The notes under the pieces are model-generated. The model did not search any database, was not told the origin of the DNA, and saw only the letters and a list, made by a program, of their open reading frames with translations. The translations under genes and the position numbers were made by a program. Positions 41,901 through 54,700 of a stretch of DNA of 64,000 nt are shown here, piece after piece; the first letter of the stretch is position 1; the number at the start of each line of letters is the position of its first letter. Source of the stretch: Auanema rhodensis (lineage: Eukaryota > Animalia > Nematoda); the NCBI GenBank assembly GCA_964057225.1, contig OZ059900.1:2108001-2172000 (forward strand). The letters run 5' to 3'.

Positions 41901-44900
41901 TATATATGATCAAAAGCATAGTTTTACTGTCTGTGATAACAAAAGTCTTCAAATATACACTAATAATGATTAAATCACTGATTTTCAGTCAAATAGCATT
42001 ACTACACTAAGTATGGTCGTTTTTATGCCTTTAACACCATATACTCACCGATTTTTGGTACAAAATCTGTAATACTTGTAAATTTTGATCATATTTGTTA
42101 AGATTCGAGAATCAAACACATAATACACGAAATAAGTCTATTTTTACAAGTTTGCACTGATATTTATTCATTTTGATCAAAAAAGGTCGAAAATAGAAAA
42201 AATTTTTGAAATTTCCGAGTTTTGAGTCCAATTTGGCTAAATCGCTCATATATAAGATCAAAAGCATAGTTTTATTGTCTATAACAACAAAAGTCATCAA
42301 TTAAACGCTAGTGATATTTAAATACTGATTTTCGCTCAAGTAGCATTACTACACTAAGTATGGTCGTTTTCATGCCTTTAACACCATATACTCACCGATT
42401 TTTGGTACAAAATCTGTAATACTTGTAAATTTTGATCATATTCGTTAAGATTTGAGAATCAAACATACAATACACAAAATCGGTCTATTTTTATGAGCTT
42501 GCACTGATATATATTCATTTTGATCAAAAAAGGTCGAAAATAGAAAGAATTTTTGAAATTTCCGAGTTTTGAGTCTAATTTGGCTAAATCGCTCATATAT
42601 ATGATCAGAAGCATAGTTTTAATGTCTATGACAACAAAAATCATCAATTAAACGCTAGTGATGTTTAAATACTGATTTTCGCTCAAATAGCATTACTACA
42701 CTAAGTATGGTCGTTTTTATGCTTTTAACACCATATACTCACCGATTTTTGGTACAAAATCTGTAATACTCGTAAAATTTGATCATATTTGTTAAGATTT
42801 GAGAATCAAACACACAATACACAAAATCAGTCTATTTTTATGAGTTTACACTGATATATATTCATTTTCATCAAAAAAGGTCGAAAATAGAAAGAATTTT
42901 TGAATTTTCCGAGTTTTGAGTCGAATTGGTAAACTCGTAAATTTTGATCATATTCGTTAAGATTCGAAAATCAAACACACAATACACGAAATAAGTTTAT
43001 TTTTACAAGTTTGCACTGATATTTATTCATTTTGATCAAAAAAGGTCGAAAATAGAAAGAATTTTTGAAATTTCCGAGTTTTGAGTCTAATTTGGCTAAA
43101 TCGCTCATATATATGATCAAAAGCATAGTTTTACTGTCTATGATAACAAAAGTCTTCAAATATACACTAATAATGATTAAATCACTGAATTTCACTCAAA
43201 TAGCATTACTACACTAAGTATGGTCGTTTTTATGCCTTTAACACCATATACTCACCGATTTTTGGTACAAAATCTGTAATACTCGTAAATTTTGATCATA
43301 TTCGGTGAGATTCGAGAATCAAACACACAATACACGAAATAAGTTTATTTTGACGAGTTTGCACTGATATTTATTCATTTTGATCAAAAAAGGTCGAAAA
43401 TAGAAAGAATTTTTGAATTTTCCGAGTTTTGAGTCCAATTGGGCTAAATCGCTCATATATATGATCAAAAGCATAGTTTTACTGTCTATGATAACAAAAG
43501 TCTTCAAATATACACTAATGATGTGTAAATCACTGAATTTCACTCAAATAGCTTTACTACACTAAGTATGGTCGTTTTTATGCCTTTAACACCATATACT
43601 CACCGATTTTTGGTACAAAATCTGTAATACTCGTAAATTTTGATCATATTCGTTAAGATTTGAGAATCAAACATACAATACACAAAATCAGTCTATTTTT
43701 ATGAGCTTGCACTGATATATATTCATTTTGATCAAAAAAGGTCGAAAATAGAAAGAATTTTTGAAATTTCCGAGTTTTGAGTCTAATTTGGCTAAATCTC
43801 TCATATATATGATCAAAAGCATAGTTTTACTGTCTATGATAACAAAAGTCTTCAAATATACACTAATAATGTGTAAATCACTGAATTTCACTCAAATAGC
43901 TTTACTACACTAACTATGGTCGTTTTTATGCCTTTAACACCATATACTCAACGATTTTTGGTACAAAATCTGTAATACTCGTAAATTTTGATCATATTCG
44001 TTAAGATTTGAGAATCAAACATACAATACACAAAATCAGTCTATTTTTATGAGCTTGCACTGATATATATTCATTTTGATCAAAAAAGGTCGAAAATAGA
44101 AAGAATTTTTGAAATTTCCGAGTTTTGAGTCTAATTTGGCTAAATCGCTCATATATATGATCAGAAGCATAGTTTTATTGTCTATGACAACAAAAATCAT
44201 CAATTAAACGCTAGTGATGTTTAAATACTGATTTTCGCTCAAATAGCATTACTACACTAAGTATGGTCGTTTTTATGCCTTTAACACCATATACTCACCG
44301 ATTTTTGGTACAAAATCTGTAATACTCGTAAAATTTGATCATATTTGTTAAGATTTGAGAATCAAACACACAATACACAAAATCAGTCTATTTTTATGAG
44401 TTTACACTGATATATATTCATTTTCATCAAAAAAGGTCGAAAATAGAAAGAATTTTTGAAATTTCCGAGTTTTGAGTCTAATTTGGCTAAATCGCTCATA
44501 TACATGATCAGAAGCATAGTTTTATTGTCTATGACAACAAAAATCATCAATTAAACGCTAGTGATGTTTAAATATTGATTTTCGCTCAAATAGCATTACT
44601 ACACTAAGTATGGTCGTTTTTATGCCTTTAACACCATATACTCACCGATTTTTGGTACAAAATCTGTAATACTCGTAAATTTTGATCATATTCGTTAAGA
44701 TTTGAAAATCAAACACACAATAAACAAAATCAGTCTATTTTTATGAGTTTGCACTGATATATATTCATTTTGATCAAAAAAGGTCGAAAATAGAAAGAAT
44801 TTTTGAATTTTCCGAGTTTTGAGTCCAATTGGGCTAAATCGCTCATATATATGATCAAAAGCATAGTTTTACTGTCTATGATAACAAAAGTCTTCAAATA

Positions 44901-47270
44901 TACACTAATAATGATCAAATCACTGAATTTCACTCAAATAGCATTACTACACTAAGTATGGTCGTTTTTATGCCTTTAACACCATATACTCACCGATTTT
45001 TGGTACAAAATCTGTGATACTCGTAAATTTTGATCATATTCGTTAAGATTTGAGAATCAAACATACAATACACAAAATCAGTCTATTTTTATGAGCTTGC
45101 ACTGATATATATTCATTTTGATCAAAAAAGGTCGAAAATAGAATGAATTTTTGAAATTTCCGAGTTTTGAGTCTAATTTGGCTAAATCGCTCATATATAT
45201 GATCAAAAGCATAGTTTTACTGTCTATGATAACAAAAGTCTTCAAATATACACTAATAATGATTAAATCACTGATTTTCAGTCAAATAGCATTACTACAC
45301 TAAGTATGGTCGTTTTTATGCCTTTAACACCATATACTCACCGATTTTTGGTACAAAATCTGTAATACTTGTAAATTTTGATCATATTTGTTAAGATTCG
45401 AGAATCAAACACATAATACACGAAATAAGTCTATTTTTACAAGTTTGCACTGATATTTATTCATTTTGATCAAAAAAGGTCGAAAATAGAAAAAATTTTT
45501 GAAATTTCCGAGTTTTGAGTCCAATTTGGCTAAATCGCTCATATATAAGATCAAAAGCATAGTTTTATTGTCTATAACAACAAAAGTCATCAATTAAACG
45601 CTAGTGATATTTAAATACTGATTTTCGCTCAAGTAGCATTACTACACTAAGTATGGTCGTTTTCATGCCTTTAACACCATATACTCACCGATTTTTGGTA
45701 CAAAATCTGTAATACTTGTAAATTTTGATCATATTCGTTAAGATTTGAGAATCGAACATACAATACACAAAATCGGTCTATTTTTATGAGCTTGCACTGA
45801 TATATATTCATTTTGATCAAAAAAGGTCGAAAATAGAATGAATTTTTGAAATTTCCGAGTTTTGAGTCTAATTTGGCTAAATCGCTCATATATATGATCA
45901 AAAGCATAGTTTTACTGTCTGTGATAACAAAAGTCTTCAAATATACACTAATAATGATTAAATCACTGATTTTCAGTCAAATAGCATTACTACACTAAGT
46001 ATGGTCGTTTTTATGCCTTTAACACCATATACTCACCGATTTTTGGTACAAAATCTGTAATACTTGTAAATTTTGATCATATTTGTTAAGATTCGAGAAT
46101 CAAACACATAATACACGAAATAAGTCTATTTTTACAAGTTTGCACTGATATTTATTCATTTTGATCAAAAAAGGTCGAAAATAGAAAAAATTTTTGAAAT
46201 TTCCGAGTTTTGAGTCCAATTTGGCTAAATCGCTCATATATAAGATCAAAAGCATAGTTTTATTGTCTATAACAACAAAAGTCATCAATTAAACGCTAGT
46301 GATATTTAAATACTGATTTTCGCTCAAGTAGCATTACTACACTAAGTATGGTCGTTTTCATGCCTTTAACACCATATACTCACCGATTTTTGGTACAAAA
46401 TCTGTAATACTCGTAAAATTTGATCATATTTGTTAAGATTCGAGAATCAAACATACAATACACAAAATCAGTCTATTTTTATGAGCTTGCACTGATATAT
46501 ATTCATTTTGATCAAAAAAGGTCGAAAATAGAAAGAATTTTTGAATTTTCCGAGTTTTGAGTCGAATTGGGCTAAATCGCTCATATATATGATCAAAAGC
46601 ATAGTTTTACTGTCTATGATAACAAAAATCATCAATTAAACGCTAGTGATGTTTAAATACTGATTTTCGCTCAAATAGCATTACTACACTAAGTATGGTC
46701 GTTTTTATGCTTTTAACACCATATACTCACCGATTTTTGGTACAAAATCTGTGATACTCGTAAATTTTGATCATATTCGTTAAGATTTGAGAATCAAACA
46801 TACAATACACAAAATCAGTCTATTTTTATGAGCTTGCACTGATATATATTCATTTTGATCAAAAAAGGTCGAAAATAGAAAGAATTTTTGAAATTTCCGA
46901 GTTTTGAGTCTAATTTGGCTAAATCGCTCATATATATGATCAGAAGCATAGTTTTAATGTCTATGACAACAAAAATCATCAATTAAACGCTAGTGATGTT
47001 TAAATACTGATTTTCGCTCAAATAGCATTACTACACTAAGTATGGTCGTTTTTATGCTTTTAACACCATATACTCACCGATTTTTGGTACAAAATCTGTA
47101 ATACTCGTAAAATTTGATCATATTTGTTAAGATTTGAGAATCAAACACACAATACACAAAATCAGTCTATTTTTATGAGTTTACACTGATATATATTCAT
47201 TTTCATCAAAAAAGGTCGAAAATAGAAAGAATTTTTGAATTTTCCGAGTTTTGAGTCGAATTGGGCTAAA
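38945..47270. repeat. Tandem duplication with 3988-bp offset (11 monomers plus a 165-bp unit); the downstream copy has one extra hybrid monomer near 46.4-46.75 kb
   Basis: ORF offsets 38983/42971, 39331/43319, 40742/44730, 41417/45405 and 42112/46100 are all 3988. Confidence 0.88.
42918..42946. other. Out-of-phase junction, copy 2 (identical to copy 1)
   Basis: Same GAGTCGAATTGGTAAACTCGTAAA sequence. ORF step 42459 to 42971 is 512. Confidence 0.95.
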
Positions 47271-48769
47271 TCGCTCATATATATGATCAAAAGCATAGTT
47301 TTACTGTCTATGATAACAAAAATCTTCAAATATACACTAATAATGATTAAATCACTGAATTTCACTCAAATAGCATTACTACACTAAGTATGGTCGTTTT
47401 TATGCCTTTAACACCATATACTCACCGATTTTTGGTACAAAATCTGTAATACTTGTAAATTTTGATCATATTTGTTAAGATTCGAGAATCAAACACATAA
47501 TACACAAAATAAGTCTATTTTTACAAGTTTGCACTGATATTTATTCATTTTGATCAAAAAAGGTCGAAAATAGAAAGAATTTTTGAAATTTCCGAGTTTT
47601 GAGTCCAATTTGGCTAAATCGCTCATATATATGATCAAAAGCATAGTTTTATTGTCTATAACAACAAAAGTCATCAATTAAACGCTAGTGATGTTTAAAT
47701 ACTGAATTTCGCTCAAATAGCATTACTACACTAAGTATGGTCGTTTTTATGCCTTTAACACCATATACTCACCGATTTTTGGTACAAAATCTGTAATACT
47801 CGTAAATTTTGATCATATTCGTTAAGATTTGAGAATCAAACATACAATACACAAAATCAGTCTATTTTTATGAGCTTGCACTGATATATATTCATTTTGA
47901 TCAAAAAAGGTCGAAAATAGAAAGAATTTTTGAAATTTCCGAGTTTTGAGTCTAATTTGGCTAAATCGCTCATATATATGATCAAAAGCATAGTTTTATT
48001 GTCTATGACAACAAAAGTCATCAATTAAATGCTAGTGATGTTTAAATACTGAATTTCGCTCAAATAGCATTACTACACTAAGTATGGTCGTTTTTATGCC
48101 TTTAACACCAAATACTCACCGATTTTTGGTACAAAATCTGTAATACTCGTAAATTTTGATCATATTCGGTGAGATTCGAGAATCAAACACACAATACACG
48201 AAATAAGTTTATTTTTACGAGTTTGCACTGATATTTATTCATTTTGATCAAAAAAGGTCGAAAATAGAAAGAATTTTTGAAATTTCCGAGTTTTGAGTCT
48301 AATTTGGCTAAATCGCTCATATATATGATCAAAAGCATAGTTTTACTGTCTATGATAACAAAAGTCTTCAAATATACACTAATAATGATTAAATCACTGA
48401 TTTTCAGTCAAATAGCATTACTACACTAAGTATGGTCGTTTTTATGCCTTTAACACCATATACTCACCGATTTTTGGTACAAAATCTGTAATACTTGTAA
48501 ATTTTGATCATATTCGTTAAGATTTGAGAATCAAACACATAATACACGAAATAAGTCTTTTTTTACAAGTTTGCACTGATATTTATTCATTTTGATCAAA
48601 AAAGGTCGAAAATAGAAAGAATTTTTGAAATTTCCGAGTTTTGAGTCTAATTTGGCTAAATCGCTCATATATATGATCAAAAGCATAGTTCTATTGTCTA
48701 TAACAACAAAAGTCTTTAATTAAACGCTAGTGATGATCAAATCACTGAATTTCACTCAAATAGCATTAC

Positions 48770-51700
48770 TACACTAAGTATGGTCGTTTTTATGCCTTTA
48801 ACACCATATACTCACCGATTTTTGGTACAAAATCTGTGATACTCGTAAATTTTGATCATATTTGTTAAGATTTGAGAATCAAACATACAATACACAAAAT
48901 CAGTCTATTTTTATGAGCTTGCACTGATATATATTCATTTTGATCAAAAAAGGTCGAAAATAGAATGAATTTTTGAAATTTCCGAGTTTTGAGTCTAATT
49001 TGGCTAAATCGCTCATATATATGATCAAAAGCATAGTTTTACTGTCTATGATAACAAAAGTCTTCAAATATACACTAATAATGATTAAATCACTGATTTT
49101 CAGTCAAATAGCATTACTACACTAAGTATGGTCGTTTTTATGCCTTTAACACCATATACTCACCGATTTTTGGTACAAAATCTGTAATACTTGTAAATTT
49201 TGATCATATTTGTTAATATTCGAGAATCAAACACATAATACACAAAATAAGTCTATTTTTACAAGTTTGCACTGATATTTATTCATTTTGATCAAAAAAG
49301 GTCGAAAATAGAAAAAATTTTTGAAATTTCCGAGTTTTGAGTCCAATTTGGCTAAATCGCTCATATATAAGATCAAAAGCATAGTTTTATTGTCTATAAC
49401 AACAAAAGTCATCAATTAAACGCTAGTGATATTTAAATACTGATTTTCGCTCAAGTAGCATTACTACACTAAGTATGGTCGTTTTCATGCCTTTAACACC
49501 ATATACTCACCGATTTTTGGTACAAAATCTGTAATACTTGTAAATTTTGATCATATTCGTTAAGATTTGAGAATCGAACATACAATACACAAAATCAGTC
49601 TATTTTTATGAGCTTGCACTGATATATATTCATTTTGATCAAAAAAGGTCGAAAATAGAAAGAATTTTTGAAATTTCCGAGTTTTGAGTCTAATTTGGCT
49701 AAATCGCTCATATATATGATCAGAAGCATAGTTTTAATGTCTATGACAACAAAAATCATCAATTAAACGCTAGTGATGTTTAAATACTGATTTTCGCTCA
49801 AATAGCATTACTACACTAAGTATGGTCGTTTTTATGCTTTTAACACCATATACTCACCGATTTTTGGTACAAAATCTGTAATACTCGTAAAATTTGATCA
49901 TATTTGTTAAGATTTGAGAATCAAACACACAATACACAAAATCAGTCTATTTTTATGAGTTTACACTGATATATATTCATTTTCATCAAAAAAGGTCGAA
50001 AATAGAAAGAATTTTTGAATTTTCCGAGTTTTGAGTCGAATTGGGCTAAATCGCTCATATATATGATCAAAAGCATAGTTTTACTGTCTATGATAACAAA
50101 AGTCTTCAAATATACACTAATAATGATTAAATCACTGAATTTCACTCAAATAGCATTACTACACTAAGTATGGTCGTTTTTATGCCTTTAACACCATATA
50201 CTCACCGATTTTTGGTACAAAATCTGTAATACTTGTAAATTTTGATCATATTTGTTAAGATTTGAGAATCAAACACATAATACACAAGATAAGTCTATTT
50301 TTACAAGTTTGCACTGATATTTATTCATTTTGATCAAAAAAGGTCGAAAATAGAAAGAATTTTTGAAATTTCCGAGTTTTGAGTCCAATTTGGCTAAATC
50401 GCTCATATATATGATCAAAAGCATAGTTTTATTGTCTATAACAACAAAAGTCATCAATTAAACGCTAGTGATGTTTAAATACTGAATTTCGCTCAAATAG
50501 CATTACTACACTAAGTATGGTCGTTTTTATGCCTTTAACACCATATACTCACCGATTTTTGGTACAAAATCTGTAATACTCGTAAATTTTGATCATATTC
50601 GGTGAGATTCGAGAATCGAACACACAATACACGAAATAAGTCTATTTTTACGAGTTTGCACTGATATTTATTCATTTTGATCAAAAAAGGTCGAAAATAG
50701 AAAGAATTTTTGAAATTTCCGAGTTTTGAGTCTAATTTGGCTAAATCGCTCATATATATGATCAAAAGCATAGTTTTACTGTCTATGATAACAAAAATCT
50801 TCAAATATACACTAATAATGTGTAAATCACTGAATTTCACTCAAATAGCTTTACTACACTAAGTATGGTCGTTTTTATGCCTTTAACACCATATACTCAC
50901 CGATTTTTGGTACAAAATCTGTAATACTCGTAAATTTTGATCATATTCGTTAAGATTCGAGAATCAAACACACAATACACGAAATAAGTTTATTTTGACG
51001 AGTTTGCACTGGTATTTATTCATTTTGATCAAAAAAGGTCGAAAATAGAAAGAATTTTTGAATTTTCCGAGTTTTGAGTCCAATTGGGCTAAATCGCTCA
51101 TATATATGATCAAAAGCATAGTTTTACTGTCTATGATAACAAACGTCTTCAAATATACACTAATAATGTGTAAATCACTGAATTTCACTCAAATAGCTTT
51201 ACTACACTAAGTATGGTCGTTTTTATGCCTTTAACACCATATACTCACCGATTTTTGGTACAAAATCTGTAATACTCGTAAATTTCGATCATATTCGTTA
51301 AGATTCGAGAATCAAACACACAATACACGAAATAAGTTTATTTTTACGAATTTGCACTGATATTTATTCATTTTGATCAAAAAAGGTCGAAAATAGAAAG
51401 AATTTTTTAATTTTCCGAGTTTTGAGTCCAATTGGGCTAAATCGCTCATATATATGATCAAAAGCATAGTTTCACTGTCTATGATAACAAAAGTCTTCAA
51501 ATATACACTAGTAATGATTAAATCACTGAATTTCACTCAAATAGCATTACTACACTAAGTATGGTCGTTTTTATGCCTTTAACACCATATACTCACCGAT
51601 TTTTGGTACAAAATCTGTAATACTCGTAAATTTTGATCATATTCGGTGAGATTCGAGAATCGAACACACAATACACGAAATCAGTCTATTTTTATGAGCT

Positions 51701-54700
51701 TGCACTGATATTTATTCATTTTGATCAAAAAAGGTCGAAAATAGAAAGAATTTTTGAAATTTCCGAGTTTTGAGTCTAATTTGGCTAAATCGCTCATATA
51801 CATGATCAGAAGCATAGTTTTATTGTCTATGACAACAAAAGTCATCAATTAAACGCTAGTGATGTTTAAATACTGATTTTCGCTCAAATAGCATTACTAC
51901 ACTAAGTATGGTCGTTTTTATGCCTTTAACACCATATACTCACCGATTTTTGGTACACAATCTGTAATACTCGTAAATTTTGATCATATTCGTTAAAATT
52001 TGAAAATCAAACACACAATAAACAAAATCAGTCTATTTTTATGAGCTTGCACTGATATTTATTCATTTTGATCAAAAAAGGTCGAAAATAGAAAGAATTT
52101 TTGAAATTTCCGAGTTTTGAGTCTAATTTGGCTAAATCGCTCATATATATGATCAAAAGCATAGTTTTACTGTCTATGATAACAAAAGTCTTCAAATATA
52201 CACTAATAATGTGTAAATCACTGAATTTCACTAAAATGCATTACTACACTAAGTATGGTCGTTTTTATGCCTTTAACACCATATACTCACCGATTTTTGG
52301 TACAAAATCTGTGATACTCGTAAATTTTGATCATATTCGGTGAGATTCGAGGATCGAACACACAATACACGAAATAAGTTTATTTTGACGAGTTTGCACT
52401 GATATTTATTCATTTTGATCAAAAAAGGTCGAAAATAGAAAGAATTTTTGAAATTTCCGAGTTTTGAGTCTAATTTGGCTAAATCGCTCATATACATGAT
52501 CAGAAGCATAGTTTTATTGTCTATGACAACAAAAGTCATCAATTAAACGCTAGTGATGTTTAAATACTGATTTTCGCTCAAATAGCATTACTACACTAAG
52601 TATGGTCGTTTTTATGCCTTTAACACCATATACTCACCGATTTTTGGTACACAATCTGTAATACTCGTAAATTTTGATCATATTCGTTAAGATTTGAGAA
52701 TCGAACATACAATACACAAAATCAGTCTATTTTTATGAGCTTGCACTGATATTTATTCATTTTGATCAAAAAAGGTCGAAAATAGAAAGAATTTTTGAAA
52801 TTTCCGAGTTTTGAGTCTAATTTGGCTAAATCGCTCATATATATGATCAAAAGCATAGTTTTACTGTCTATGATAACAAAAGTCTTCAAATATACACTAA
52901 TAATGTGTAAATCACTGAATTTCACTCAAATGCATTACTACACTAAGTATGGTCGTTTTTATGCCTTTAACACCATATACTCACCGATTTTTGGTACAAA
53001 ATCTGTAATACTTGTAAATTTTGATCATATTCGTTAAGATTCGAGAATCAAACACACAATACACGAAATAAGTTTATTTTTACGAGTTTGCACTGATATT
53101 TATTCATTTTGATCAAAAAAGGTCGAAAATAGAAAGAATTTTTGAAATTTCCGAGTTTTGAGTCTAATTTGGCTAAATCGCTCATATACATGATCAAAAG
53201 CATAGTTTTACTGTCTATGATAACAAAAGTCTTCAAATATACACTAATAATGTGTAAATCACTGAATTTCACTAAAATGCATTACTACACTAAGTATGGT
53301 CGTTTTTATGCCTTTAACACCATATACTCACCGATTTTTGGTACAAAATCTGTGATACTCGTAAATTTTGATCATATTTGTTAAGATTTGAGAATCAAAC
53401 ATACAATACACAAAATCAGTCTATTTTTATGAGCTTGCACTGATATATATTCATTTTGATCAAAAAAGGTCGAAAATAGAATGAATTTTTGAAATTTCCG
53501 AGTTTTGAGTCTAATTTGGCTAAATCGCTCATATATATGATCAAAAGCATAGTTTTACTGTCTATGATAACAAAAGTCTTCAAATATACACTAATAATGA
53601 TTAAATCACTGATTTTCAGTCAAATAGCATTACTACACTAAGTATGGTCGTTTTTATGCCTTTAACACCATATACTCACCGATTTTTGGTACAAAATCTG
53701 TAATACTTGTAAATTTTGATCATATTTGTTAATATTCGAGAATCAAACACATAATACACAAAATAAGTCTATTTTTACAAGTTTGCACTGATATTTATTC
53801 ATTTTGATCAAAAAAGGTCGAAAATAGAAAAAATTTTTGAAATTTCCGAGTTTTGAGTCCAATTTGGCTAAATCGCTCATATATAAGATCAAAAGCATAG
53901 TTTTATTGTCTATAACAACAAAAGTCATCAATTAAACGCTAGTGATATTTAAATACTGATTTTCGCTCAAGTAGCATTACTACACTAAGTATGGTCGTTT
54001 TCATGCCTTTAACACCATATACTCACCGATTTTTGGTACAAAATCTGTAATACTTGTAAATTTTGATCATATTCGTTAAGATTTGAGAATCGAACATACA
54101 ATACACAAAATCAGTCTATTTTTATGAGCTTGCACTGATATATATTCATTTTGATCAAAAAAGGTCGAAAATAGAAAGAATTTTTGAAATTTCCGAGTTT
54201 TGAGTCTAATTTGGCTAAATCGCTCATATATATGATCAGAAGCATAGTTTTAATGTCTATGACAACAAAAATCATCAATTAAACGCTAGTGATGTTTAAA
54301 TACTGATTTTCGCTCAAATAGCATTACTACACTAAGTATGGTCGTTTTTATGCTTTTAACACCATATACTCACCGATTTTTGGTACAAAATCTGTAATAC
54401 TCGTAAAATTTGATCATATTTGTTAAGATTTGAGAATCAAACACACAATACACAAAATCAGTCTATTTTTATGAGTTTACACTGATATATATTCATTTTC
54501 ATCAAAAAAGGTCGAAAATAGAAAGAATTTTTGAATTTTCCGAGTTTTGAGTCGAATTGGGCTAAATCGCTCATATATATGATCAAAAGCATAGTTTTAC
54601 TGTCTATGATAACAAAAGTCTTCAAATATACACTAATAATGATTAAATCACTGAATTTCACTCAAATAGCATTACTACACTAAGTATGGTCGTTTTTATG

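Larger units (their letters stand above)
31723..43175. repeat. Tandem segmental duplication, 5724-5726 bp x2 (16 full monomers plus one 165-bp unit)
   Basis: ORF offsets 31787/37511 through 36388/42112 are 5724; 36733/42459 and 37245/42971 are 5726. Both copies carry the same out-of-phase junction. Confidence 0.92.
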
